Positions 55,107 through 64,000 of a stretch of 64,000 bases of DNA are shown piece by piece. The notes under the pieces were generated by a model, which was not told the DNA's origin, searched no databases, and saw nothing but the letters and a program-made list of their open reading frames with translations. Location: positions 288,001 through 352,000 of the forward strand of contig CAVSZB010000008.1 in assembly GCA_963732385.1 (NCBI GenBank), written 5' to 3'. Each line of letters begins with the position of its first letter. Position 1 is the first letter of the stretch. Made by a program: the position numbers and the translations under genes. This DNA is from an uncultured bacterium. GTDB taxonomy: Bacteria; Krumholzibacteriota; Krumholzibacteriia; LZORAL124-64-63.

Positions 55107-56569
55107 GTGGACCTGACCTCCCCCGCGGCCCTCAGGACCGCGTCGAACCGGTCACCAGTCGCCTCGCCGGCCACGGTCAGCCGCAGGCCGCCGGGCAGGA
55201 GCGCCTCGGCCGTTTCGCCCTCGGTGCCGCGCAGGATGTAGCCACCCCGCGCAGTGCTCAGGACCAGGTCGGCGCCGAGCTGGTAGGGGATGTCGTAGGC
55301 CGGCTTGCCGCGTTCGCAGACGACCGCCAGCTCGCAGTCGATAGTCACGCGAGACTCCCCGCCGTCGGGGGCGTCGAGACGCACCGACTCGAGTGCGGCG
55401 CCGCCGCCGAAAGCGGCGCTCAGGCGCAGGCCGGTGTGCACCTTCCAGCCGAGCGAGACCGCGGTACTGACCTCCTCGGGCCAGCCGGTCTCGCCGAGCG
55501 CGATCGTGACCCGGGCGCCGCGGGCATGCAGCAGCGCTGCCGCCAGCCAGAGGTCGAGGCCGACGCCGGTCACCAGCACCTGCCGGCCGCGGACGGCCAG
55601 CCCGTCGCGGGTCACCGCGCGATAGAGTCCGCGGGGACCGAACAGGGAGGGCAGATCGTTGCCCGGGAAGAGGCCGATCACGTCGAGACCGCCGGCGGCC
55701 CAGACCAGCTGTCGCGCGCGCAGGAGCGACAGACCACGGTTGCCGCGGATCACCAACGTGTCGGGATGGTAACCGCACACGGCGTGGGCGCCCAACGCCA
55801 GATCCAGCCCGGGCCGCGGCGTGAGCGCATGGACGGACTGTTCGAGGCTGGCGTGCGCGCGGGCCAGGGCCGGCAGCGTGGCCAGCCGGTCGCCCAGCGC
55901 TTCGGCCACGGCCGCGAAGGCGGCCCGCCGCTGGCCGCCCGGTGCGACATGGTCATCCACCAGCAGGATCCGGCCGCGCGCCGCCGCGGCGGCCAGCAGT
56001 CCCGCGGTCCCCGCGCCGACGATCACGGTGTCAAACACGCCCAGGTCGCGACCGGCCTCGCCGGCCACCGTCGCGATCGTTCCGACCGCGGCGGTGGACG
56101 ACTCCTCGGCCGGGAGCGGGGAGGCGCCGCCGGTCCAGGCGCCCGGTTCCGGAAGGCGGCCGACGCCGGTCAGCGGGCGCAGCATCTTCAGGAACAGCCG
56201 CGACACCAGCGCTGGCCGGGTGAACCATTTGTAGTAGAAGCCGACGGGGAAAAAATCGCTCCCCGCCGCCATCACGCGCTGCAAAGGCCGGCCGTAGAAG
56301 GCGCCCGCGTCCTGCCGCTCGACCCGCATGCCGTCACGCACCGGGGTCAGGCAGGCGCGTACGTTGGGTATGCCGTCAATGCGCATCAGGCAGCTCGTGC
56401 AGTGGCCCCGGGCGCAGTGCAGGCCGCGCGGCCGGCCGTATTTGGGGCTATGGGACAGGACCTTCACGCCCGTCTCCCACAGCGCCACGGCCACGGAGGT
56501 GTCGCCACGGCAACTCAGGGGGCGGCCCTCGAACCGGATCGTCACGACGCTCTTGCCCGCTCCGTCCAC
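55103..56569 (-). CDS. [2Fe-2S]/Rossmann oxidoreductase, sarcosine oxidase alpha-like
   Basis: SPKYGRPRG.HC..GHC.SC, NVRAC.T, GFYYK, IVGAG.AGL, FPGNDLP; GGAGG RBS. Confidence 0.85.
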   Translation of the reverse strand: MDGAGKSVVTIRFEGRPLSCRGDTSVAVALWETGVKVLSHSPKYGRPRGLHCARGHCTSCLMRIDGIPNVRACLTPVRDGMRVERQDAGAFYGRPLQRVMAAGSDFFPVGFYYKWFTRPALVSRLFLKMLRPLTGVGRLPEPGAWTGGASPLPAEESSTAAVGTIATVAGEAGRDLGVFDTVIVGAGTAGLLAAAAARGRILLVDDHVAPGGQRRAAFAAVAEALGDRLATLPALARAHASLEQSVHALTPRPGLDLALGAHAVCGYHPDTLVIRGNRGLSLLRARQLVWAAGGLDVIGLFPGNDLPSLFGPRGLYRAVTRDGLAVRGRQVLVTGVGLDLWLAAALLHARGARVTIALGETGWPEEVSTAVSLGWKVHTGLRLSAAFGGGAALESVRLDAPDGGESRVTIDCELAVVCERGKPAYDIPYQLGADLVLSTARGGYILRGTEGETAEALLPGGLRLTVAGEATGDRFDAVLRAAGEVRST

Positions 56570-56758
56570 GGTTCCCTCCCGGCTGGGGTGGCGGATCGCG
56601 GCAAACATAGGGTCCGGCCGCGGGGGCGGCAAGCGTGGCGGTCGGGCCGGCCGGCGCGGCGAATCGCCTTTTGTCCGCGCCGGCACGGGCTATATTGGAG
56701 TCTCCGGCGGAGCCGGCGGCGCGGTCGTGGGGGCGGTGCCTTTTCGCGAGGTGAGAAC

Positions 56759-58132
56759 ATGTCCCAGGAGAAGTTCGCGCAGGTCCGCCAGGACGCCACG
56801 GCCCGGAACGTGGAGTTCGTCGATCTGAAAGTTCTCGATCTGACGGGACGACTGCATCATCTGTCTCTCCCCTTCGAACGCTTCGGTCCCCACATCCTCA
56901 CGGAGGGGATCGGTTTCGACGGTTCGAGCTACGGTTTCCTGAAGGTCGAGAACAGCGACATGGTGCTCGTGCCGGATCTGGCCACCGCCGCGCTCGATCC
57001 GTTCCGCGAGCGCCCCACGCTGACCATGTTCGCCGAGGTGCGGCACGTCGACGCGCAGCGCACCCGCTTCGCGCAGGACGGACGCACGATCGTCGCCGCG
57101 GCCGAGCAGGCGCTGCGGGACCTCGGTCTGGCGGACCACTCGTACTGGGCGCCGGAATACGAGTTCTACGTTTTCGAGTCGGCCGACTACGCGTCCAATG
57201 TGCACGACTCGCACTTCACCATGCGCAGCCCGGAGCGCTTCTTCCAGAACGCCTATCACGCCTGCAATCCGCACGATGTCTACGACGACTTCCGCGACGA
57301 AGTCTGCCAGGTCATGCGGGAGTTCGGCATGCCGGTGCGCTACCACCACCACGAGGTGGGGGCGGCCGGGCAGCAGGAGATCGAGGGGTGGTTCGCCGAT
57401 CTTCCGACCACGGCCGACCACGCGGTGCTGGCGAAGTACATCCTGTTCAACCTGGCGCACCGGCGCGGCCTCAGGGTCACCTTCATGCCCAAGCCGCTCT
57501 ACGACAATGCCGGCTCGGGCTGGCACCTGCATCAGTTCCTCAAGCGGGGGGGGCGCAACATCTTCAACGCCCCCGACGGCTACGCCGGTCTTTCGCCGCT
57601 CGCCCTGCACTACGTCGGCGGCATTTTGCGCCACGCGCCCGCGCTCTGCGCCTTCACCAACCCGAGCACGAACTCCTACAAGCGTCTCGTGCCGGGTTTC
57701 GAGGCGCCGACCGTGCGCACCTTCGGCCGCTCCAACCGCGGCGCGGCGATCCGCATCCCGAGCTACGTGACCGATCCGGAATTCCGGCGCGTGGAGTACC
57801 GTCCGCCGGACTTCACCTGCAATCCGTACCTCTGCATGGCGTCGATCCTGATGGCCGGGATCGACGGCATCCTTAACGAGGTCGATCCCACGCGCGAAGG
57901 CTACCCGCCCGAGGACGCCCCGTCGCCGGACGCCAAGGACACGGCCGCCTTCCTGCCCCGCTCGCTCGACGACGCCCTCGACGCCCTGGAGAAGGACCAC
58001 CAGTTCCTGCTGCGCAACGACGTCTTCCCCGAAGCGCTCATCCGGCGTTGGCTGGAGATCAAACGGCAGGAGATCCAGGCCATCAACCGGCGTCCGCATC
58101 CGTACGAGTTCACGATGTACTTCGATCTGTAG
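56759..58132 (+). CDS. glnA: Type I glutamine synthetase
   Basis: FDGSS, PE.EFY, HHEV, TFMPKP..GSG.H.H, SYKRLVPGFEAP, NR..IRIP, R.E.R.PD..NPYL. Confidence 0.93.
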   Translation: MSQEKFAQVRQDATARNVEFVDLKVLDLTGRLHHLSLPFERFGPHILTEGIGFDGSSYGFLKVENSDMVLVPDLATAALDPFRERPTLTMFAEVRHVDAQRTRFAQDGRTIVAAAEQALRDLGLADHSYWAPEYEFYVFESADYASNVHDSHFTMRSPERFFQNAYHACNPHDVYDDFRDEVCQVMREFGMPVRYHHHEVGAAGQQEIEGWFADLPTTADHAVLAKYILFNLAHRRGLRVTFMPKPLYDNAGSGWHLHQFLKRGGRNIFNAPDGYAGLSPLALHYVGGILRHAPALCAFTNPSTNSYKRLVPGFEAPTVRTFGRSNRGAAIRIPSYVTDPEFRRVEYRPPDFTCNPYLCMASILMAGIDGILNEVDPTREGYPPEDAPSPDAKDTAAFLPRSLDDALDALEKDHQFLLRNDVFPEALIRRWLEIKRQEIQAINRRPHPYEFTMYFDL

Positions 58133-58303
58133 CGTCGCGGGGGCGGCCGCGCGCTCGATGCGAAGCGGCTGAAATCGCCCTGGTTGCATCGTTATTCTCC
58201 TAATTATGATCCCGATGTGGTACGCTCGGCCGGTGCGGGCAGTGATGCTCGTGGTGTTTTCCGGTCATTCGCCTGGCGGCTGGCCGCCAACTGGAGTCCT
58301 GGC

Positions 58304-59872
58304 ATGCGGACTGGCGTCGGCGCGTGCGGCTGGGGGCTGTTGTATCTCGCCGGCACCTGGACGACGCCGGTCGTTCGCGCCGCCGCACCCTCGCCTATGT
58401 GGCGCGAGGTGACCGACAGCGGGCTGCCGGCCAACGGCAAGACCTTCGGCGGTGTCTGGGCCGACTGCGACGGCGACGGCTCTCTCGATCTGATCCTCTC
58501 GCGCCACGGCGACTCTCCGGAAGTGTGGCTGGACCGCGGCCTGCGGTTCGTCGCGGTCGGAGCATCCGTGCCGGTGGTCTGGCCGTCGGGGCTGGGCGAC
58601 CAGCACGGCGCGGCCGCCTGCGACTTCGACGGTGACGGTCTCTGGGATATCTACGCGACCGTGGGGGCCGACCACGGTCGGGGACGCGGCAGCAACCGGC
58701 TCTGGCGCCAGGATCCGCCCGGCGTCCTGAGCGATGTCGTGGGACCTGACGACCTGCTCGCCGACCCCACCGGACGCGGCCGCGGGGCGCTCTGGCTGGA
58801 TCTCGACGGGGACGGTACCCCGGAACTGCTCGTGCTCAACTACGCGACCCCGCCGCGTCTCTTTCACCACCGCTACGGCGAGGCGTGGGACGACTGGAGC
58901 GACCGACTGGATCTGACGCGCCCCTATCCGGACGGCGGCGCCTCGCGCACCTTCGCGGCGTGGTTCGCCGTGGTGGCGGCCGGCGATCTCGACGGCGACG
59001 GCCGGACCGACCTGGTGCTCGCCGGGGAGGAGTTCGCGGTTTTCCGCGGGGACGGCGCGGGCGGGCTCGCCGACGTGACCGAGGCGTGCGGGTTCCGTCT
59101 CGTTCAGCCGCCGCTGGGGCACCTGGCGCTGGGCGACGTGGACAATGACGGGGATTTCGATCTGCTGCTCGCCTGCCGCGGCGGGCAGCTCCAGCTCTGG
59201 CTCAATCGCCCCGACTCTCTTGGGGCGCATTTCACCTTCGGCCCCGATCTCTCGGCGCTGCGTCCCGATGGCGAGTTGCGCGCTGTCGTGCTGAACGACT
59301 TCGACAACGACGGCATCCTCGATCTCTATGTGGCGCGGCAGGACGCCAGTCTCGGCAACCTGGCGGCACGGGGACTGGGAGACGGGCGCTTCGTTTCCGC
59401 GCCGGCCTGGGGCGGCGCCCCCCTTGGTGTCAGCGCTGCGCATGGCGTGTCGGCCGTCGATCTTGACCGCGACGGCGACCTGGACCTGGTGCTGTTCAAC
59501 GGCGATGGCGAACAGGTGCGTGCGGCGGGCGCCGTCCTGCTGTACGAGAACACCACCCTCGTCGGACGCGGGCTCATCCTCGATCTGGCCCCGCTGCGGG
59601 GGCCGCCGCACGCCCTCGGGGCCCGGGTGGCTCTGCACGGTCGCGGGGGCGTCCAGTTCCGCCAGGTGCAGTGTGTCACCAACCCCTTCAACGGGTCGAT
59701 CCTGCCGCTGCATTTCGGTGTCGGCGACGATCCCGGACCCTATGAGGTAATCGTCGACTGGCCGGACGGCCTCCGCCAGGAGGCCTGGCTGCCGGTGGCG
59801 GGACGGTCCTATCTTCTGCGGGAAACGCAGCCGGAGGCGCAGGCACTCGCTGCTCTGTGGCGCGAGCCGTGA
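58304..59872 (+). CDS. CRTAC1-like FG-GAP repeat / ASPIC-UnbV protein; start uncertain
   Basis: About seven D.D.DG..D repeats, GARV, LHFG.G, V.WPDG. Confidence 0.88.
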   Translation: MRTGVGACGWGLLYLAGTWTTPVVRAAAPSPMWREVTDSGLPANGKTFGGVWADCDGDGSLDLILSRHGDSPEVWLDRGLRFVAVGASVPVVWPSGLGDQHGAAACDFDGDGLWDIYATVGADHGRGRGSNRLWRQDPPGVLSDVVGPDDLLADPTGRGRGALWLDLDGDGTPELLVLNYATPPRLFHHRYGEAWDDWSDRLDLTRPYPDGGASRTFAAWFAVVAAGDLDGDGRTDLVLAGEEFAVFRGDGAGGLADVTEACGFRLVQPPLGHLALGDVDNDGDFDLLLACRGGQLQLWLNRPDSLGAHFTFGPDLSALRPDGELRAVVLNDFDNDGILDLYVARQDASLGNLAARGLGDGRFVSAPAWGGAPLGVSAAHGVSAVDLDRDGDLDLVLFNGDGEQVRAAGAVLLYENTTLVGRGLILDLAPLRGPPHALGARVALHGRGGVQFRQVQCVTNPFNGSILPLHFGVGDDPGPYEVIVDWPDGLRQEAWLPVAGRSYLLRETQPEAQALAALWREP

Positions 59873-60261
59873 GGCGTGAGTTCGCGGTGCGCACCGGCGA
59901 GCGGACCTGCTTCGTGGACGTCACCGCGCGGGTGCAGGCCGCGGTCGCGGAGCTCGGCCTCGTCGACGGGGCGGTGCTGGTCTTCGTGCCGCACACGACC
60001 GCCGCGGTCACGCTCAACGAGGGGGCCGACCCCGACGTCGTGCGCGACCTCGACATGGAACTCGGGAAGATCGTGCCGCTGGCCGACGGCTACCGGCACG
60101 CGGAGGGGAACTCCGCCGCGCATCTCAAGTCGTCGCTCGTGGGCTGCTCGGAGATCGTGCCGGTCGCGGGGGGCCGTCTCGCGCTCGGGACCTGGCAGGC
60201 GATCTGGTTCTGCGAATTCGACGGGCCCCGGCAGCGCCGGGTGCAGGTCGTGAAACTCTGA
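59869..60261 (+). CDS. yjbQ: YjbQ family protein
   Basis: PHTTA, NE.ADP.V, H.EGN..AHLK, LGTWQ, EFDGPR. Confidence 0.92.
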   Translation: MRREFAVRTGERTCFVDVTARVQAAVAELGLVDGAVLVFVPHTTAAVTLNEGADPDVVRDLDMELGKIVPLADGYRHAEGNSAAHLKSSLVGCSEIVPVAGGRLALGTWQAIWFCEFDGPRQRRVQVVKL

Positions 60262-60271
60262 GGTCCGCCGC

Positions 60272-61186
60272 CTAGAGCTTCTTGTGCCGCCAGATCAGCA
60301 GCAGCGCCACGCACGAGGCCACCGCCATCCCCAGGATGATCCAGAACGCCGCCGGGTTGGTCTGGAGCGGGAACCTGACGTTCATCGAGAAGATGCCGAA
60401 CACCAGGTTGGGCATCATGATCCCGATGGTGATGATGTTCAGCGTCTTCATCAGCACGTTCAGGTTGTTGTTCACGATCGAGGCGCGTGCGTCCATCAGG
60501 CCGGAGAGGACGTTCGAGTAGATCTCCGCCTGCTTGTAGCACTGGTTGTTGTCGATCAGGATGTCGTCGAGGATCTCTATCTCTTCCTGCGAGAAGCCGA
60601 TCTTGCCGGAGTTGTTCTTCAGCTTCTCGATCAGCGTGCCGTTGGCGTAGATGGCGTTCAGGTAGTACACGAGGCTTTTGCCCAGGGCGAACAGCTTCAG
60701 CAGGTACCGATTCTCCATGGCCCCCTTGACCTTGTCCTCGAGGTCGTCGGAGATCATGTTGATCGCCCGCAGGTGACCCAGGAAGTGGGCGATCGACTGG
60801 TAGACCACCCTCAGCGCGAAGTGGGTCACGGAACGGATCCGCGTGAACGGGCGTCCGTCGAACAGGTCGTCGCTCTCGGCCGTGACCAGCACCACCGAAT
60901 CCTTGAACAGGAAGATGCCGAGCGAGGAGACCTTCAACGGGAATTCCTCGTCGTCGGAATAGTTGCGCGGGCGCTTCAGGATGATCGCCGTGTGGCCCGG
61001 CTCGAACTCGAGCCGCGGCAGTTCGTCGGGATCCTGCGCGGAGCTGAGGGTGTGTTCGTCGATCTGCAGGTCGTCGAGCAGGTGGCGCGTTTCCGTCTCG
61101 TCCGGCCTGACGTAGTGCAGGATGGGGCACTCGGTACCCTCGCCCGTCACCACGCGGCCGTCCAGCAGATGGTAGCTCCTGAGCAT
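60272..61186 (-). CDS. corA: CorA family divalent cation transporter
   Basis: DPDE.PRLE, NNNLN.LMK.L, GIFSMNV (GMN-like motif), two C-terminal TM helices. Confidence 0.88.
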   Translation of the reverse strand: MLRSYHLLDGRVVTGEGTECPILHYVRPDETETRHLLDDLQIDEHTLSSAQDPDELPRLEFEPGHTAIILKRPRNYSDDEEFPLKVSSLGIFLFKDSVVLVTAESDDLFDGRPFTRIRSVTHFALRVVYQSIAHFLGHLRAINMISDDLEDKVKGAMENRYLLKLFALGKSLVYYLNAIYANGTLIEKLKNNSGKIGFSQEEIEILDDILIDNNQCYKQAEIYSNVLSGLMDARASIVNNNLNVLMKTLNIITIGIMMPNLVFGIFSMNVRFPLQTNPAAFWIILGMAVASCVALLLIWRHKKL

Positions 61187-61338
61187 GGCGCCCTCCCCGA
61201 CGGCACTCCTCCGGCTTATCCCGCGCTCCCTGGCGGCTTCCGGCTGCGGGGGGCAGGGCAGATTCCCCAACCGGGGCATCTAAGCCCATTTCCGCGCCGA
61301 AAGCAAGTGCGGATCGGGATTTGCGACCGCCCGCGGGC

Positions 61339-61782
61339 CTAGTCGTCCTGGTCGTCGGGACGTTCGCGTGTCCGCTTGTGGCCGGCTCGGGATCGCTTGG
61401 CCGCCAGCCGCCGCTCGTCCGCGGCGCGACCCGGGGCGGTAGGCACCCGGTCGCGTCGCCTCACGAGCGCCGCCCGCACGAGCGAGGCGAGTCGCGCCGT
61501 GACCAGAATCCGGTTGCGATGCTGACTGCGCTCGGTGGCGCAGTGCAGCACCAGTTCGCCCTCCTGGTTGATCCGCCGGCCGAGGCGCGCGGCCAGCAGC
61601 GTCTTCTGCTCCTCTGCGAGCGCCCGCGAATCACGCACGCTCCACCGCAGTTCGACCCGCGTATCGGTCGTGTTGACGTGCTGCCCTCCCGGTCCGCCGG
61701 CGCGGGAGGCGCGGTAGCGCAGCTCCTCGCCCGGGATCACGATCCCGTCGCCGATCGTCACATCGTCGCTGCCGGCGCTCAT
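61339..61782 (-). CDS. arfB: Alternative ribosome rescue factor B
   Basis: SRAGGPGGQHVN, RSQ.RN, basic C-terminal tail. Confidence 0.93.
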   Translation of the reverse strand: MSAGSDDVTIGDGIVIPGEELRYRASRAGGPGGQHVNTTDTRVELRWSVRDSRALAEEQKTLLAARLGRRINQEGELVLHCATERSQHRNRILVTARLASLVRAALVRRRDRVPTAPGRAADERRLAAKRSRAGHKRTRERPDDQDD

Positions 61783-61951
61783 GACGGTTCCTCCAGGTCG
61801 GGCGGGACGGAGCCGCGGTGGCCCGGAAGCCGTCCGGACCGCGGCATTCTAGGCGATAAGGGCGTCCGCCCCAAGCCCCAACCGGCTCAAGACGCAACCC
61901 GGAATGTCGATACTGTTCCTGATGCCGTCGCGGGACTCCGGAGGTGAGGAA

Positions 61952-62371
61952 ATGGCCGAAGTCGCGAATCTGCCGGCCTGGACAGACGACTGCAGGGTGT
62001 CGGTCCAGGAGATCGACGCCCAGCACCAGTCCCTGTTCGGCCTCGTGGCGAACCTCGCCCGAGCGGTCGGCGAGGGCAAGAGTGGCCGGATTCTGCTGCC
62101 GACCTTCGACCTGCTTGCTGCCTACAGCGTCGAGCACTTCCAGACCGAAGAGCAATACATGGAGCAGTTCTCCTATCCCGAATTCGCCGCGCACCGGGCG
62201 GAGCACGAGCGCTTCGCGCGCAAGGTCGGCTACTTCCGGCGCGGACTGGCCATCGGCAAGTCGTGCGTGGCCAACGAGGTGCTCGATTTCCTGGCCCACT
62301 GGCTGGTCCATCACATCCAGGACGTCGATCGACGCTACGTCGACTGCTTCAGGGCGCACGGTTTGAATTGA
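61952..62371 (+). CDS. Single-domain bacteriohemerythrin
   Basis: ID.QH, HF..EE..M, H...H, WL..HI...D: complete di-iron ligand set. Confidence 0.92.
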   Translation: MAEVANLPAWTDDCRVSVQEIDAQHQSLFGLVANLARAVGEGKSGRILLPTFDLLAAYSVEHFQTEEQYMEQFSYPEFAAHRAEHERFARKVGYFRRGLAIGKSCVANEVLDFLAHWLVHHIQDVDRRYVDCFRAHGLN

Positions 62372-62484
62372 GCCGGCCGGGCCGCACCGGTTGACGGAAC
62401 CCCCTTCCGCGATTAATCTTGCGCCCCTGTGCCCGCCCGCGCCGCCCGCGCGTTGCCGGGCCGTCTTCCTCCGCAACGAGGTTC

Positions 62485-64000
62485 ATGCCCGTGGAAGCCA
62501 AGCGGATCCGCGCCCGGTTCCTGGAGTACTTCGCCGCGCGGGGGCACACGGTCGTGTCCTCGTCGTCGCTCGTGCCGCAGAACGACCCCACGCTGCTGTT
62601 CACCAACGCCGGCATGAACCAGTTCAAGGCGGTCTTTCTCGGCCTCGAAAAGCGCGGTTACGTGCGCGCGGCCTCCGTGCAGAAATGCATGCGCGTCAGC
62701 GGCAAGCACAACGACCTCGAGGAGGTCGGCCGCGACGGTCGGCACCACACCTTCTTCGAGATGCTCGGCAACTGGTCGTTCGGCGACTACTACAAGCGCG
62801 ACGCGATCCTCTGGGGCTGGGAATTCCTGACCCGGGAGATGGGGCTGACGGCCGACCGCCTCTGGGTCACCGTCTACAAGGACGACGACGACTCGCACGG
62901 CGTCTGGACGCGCGAAGTGGGGGTGCCGGCCGCCCGCGTGGTGCGGCTCGGCGATCTCGCCAACGGAGACGAGGAGAACTTCTGGGCCATGGGCGACACC
63001 GGCCCCTGCGGGCCGTGCACGGAGATCCACTACGACCAGGGCGAGGCGATGGCCTGCAAACACCCGCGGGGCTGCAAGCTCGGCGTTTGCAACTGCGACC
63101 GCTGGCTCGAGCTCTGGAACCTGGTCTTCATCCAGTTCGATCGCGCTCCCGACGGCACGCTCGCGCCGCTGCCGATGCAGAGCGTGGACACCGGCATGGG
63201 TTTCGAGCGTCTCGTGGCGGTGCTGCAGAAGAAGGAAGGCAACTACGAGTCCGATCTCTTCATGCCGCTCATCCGGCGGACGCAGGAGCTGTGCGGCAAA
63301 CCGTTCACGGGGGAGGCGCGCGTTTCGCTGCAGGTGATCGCCGACCACGCGCGGGCCGTCACGTTCACCATCGCCGACGGCGCGCTGCCGTCGAACGAGG
63401 GACGCGGCTACGTCGTGCGTCGCATCCTGCGCCGCGCGGCGCGGCACGGCCGCCGGCTCGAGCTGCGTGAACCGTTCCTCTGGCAGGTGGCCGAGGTCGT
63501 CATCGAGACGATGGGCGACGCCTACCCGGAGCTGCGCGAGCGCCGCGAATTCATCCTCAAGACGATCCGCCGCGAAGAGGAGCGCTTCAATCTCACCCTC
63601 GACCGCGGCCTGCAGGTCTACGCGGAGATCCGCGACCGCGCCCGCGTCGAGGGGCGCGCCGCGCTCTCGGGCGAGGAGGCGTTCCTGCTGCACGACACCT
63701 ACGGCTTCCCCGTCGACCTGACCGCGGTCGTGGCGGGGGAGGATGGCCTCGCGGTCGACCACGCCGCCTTCCGCGCCCGCATGGACCAGCAGCGCGAGGC
63801 GAGCGGGCGCGAACGGGTGTACGCCGAGGGGCTCGGGGCCTGGCAGCCGGTGCAGTCCGGCGGCGGCGCGCCGCTTTGTTCGCGTTTCGTCGGCAACGAG
63901 GCGCTCACGGTCGAAACCGGCGTGCTGGCCGTGCGCGAGGGGGGCCGCACGCCCGACGGCGAGCCGGCCACGCATCTGCTCTGCGCGCAGACCCCGTTCT
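62485..64000 (+). CDS. alaS: Alanine-tRNA ligase, 3'-truncated by the window edge (absent from the ORF track)
   Basis: Hand translation gives IR..FLEYF..GH, DPTLLFTNAGMNQFK, HHTFFEMLGNWSFGDY, GPCGPC, DTGMG.ER. Confidence 0.96.
   Translation, partial: MPVEAKRIRARFLEYFAARGHTVVSSSSLVPQNDPTLLFTNAGMNQFKAVFLGLEKRGYVRAASVQKCMRVSGKHNDLEEVGRDGRHHTFFEMLGNWSFGDYYKRDAILWGWEFLTREMGLTADRLWVTVYKDDDDSHGVWTREVGVPAARVVRLGDLANGDEENFWAMGDTGPCGPCTEIHYDQGEAMACKHPRGCKLGVCNCDRWLELWNLVFIQFDRAPDGTLAPLPMQSVDTGMGFERLVAVLQKKEGNYESDLFMPLIRRTQELCGKPFTGEARVSLQVIADHARAVTFTIADGALPSNEGRGYVVRRILRRAARHGRRLELREPFLWQVAEVVIETMGDAYPELRERREFILKTIRREEERFNLTLDRGLQVYAEIRDRARVEGRAALSGEEAFLLHDTYGFPVDLTAVVAGEDGLAVDHAAFRARMDQQREASGRERVYAEGLGAWQPVQSGGGAPLCSRFVGNEALTVETGVLAVREGGRTPDGEPATHLLCAQTPF

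Noticed and set aside
56759..58132. Gamma-glutamylmethylamide synthetase of an N-methylglutamate pathway
   Set aside because: DGSS and GFEAP ammonium-site residues look like a true glutamine synthetase, and no mgsABC genes are present
58184..59872. Repeat array, CRISPR or toxin locus
   Set aside because: The repeats are protein-level FG-GAP DxDxDG units; no regularly spaced DNA repeats or cas genes were seen in the window

Overview
A very GC-rich bacterial window (diderm-like: lipoproteins, Wzx/Wzz, L,D-transpeptidases) made mostly of housekeeping and envelope genes. These include qNOR, thyX, a frameshifted hutU, split class I fumarase, sucA-sucB-lpdA, scattered polysaccharide genes, an asnB-ACP-acyl-CoA ligase module, a chemosensory operon (cheW-mcp-cheR-cheD-HDOD-cheB) without cheA/cheY, a fused LeuC-LeuD enzyme, a sarcosine-oxidase-like complex, glnA, corA, arfB, a hemerythrin and the 5' part of alaS. 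The ORF track misses the most striking item: a signal-peptide thioredoxin-TPR gene (24915-26105, minus strand) whose active site reads W-TGA-S-Y-C and is followed by a bSECIS-like hairpin, making it a probable exported UxxC selenoprotein. Next to it is a four-gene lipoprotein/L,D-transpeptidase cluster with a long structured leader, possibly a non-Lpp envelope-tethering system. A decayed stretch at about 40.85-41.8 kb holds probable HNH and DUF438 remnants. No rRNA, tRNA, CRISPR array or intact transposase was recognised. All family calls come from reading motifs by eye; no searches were run.
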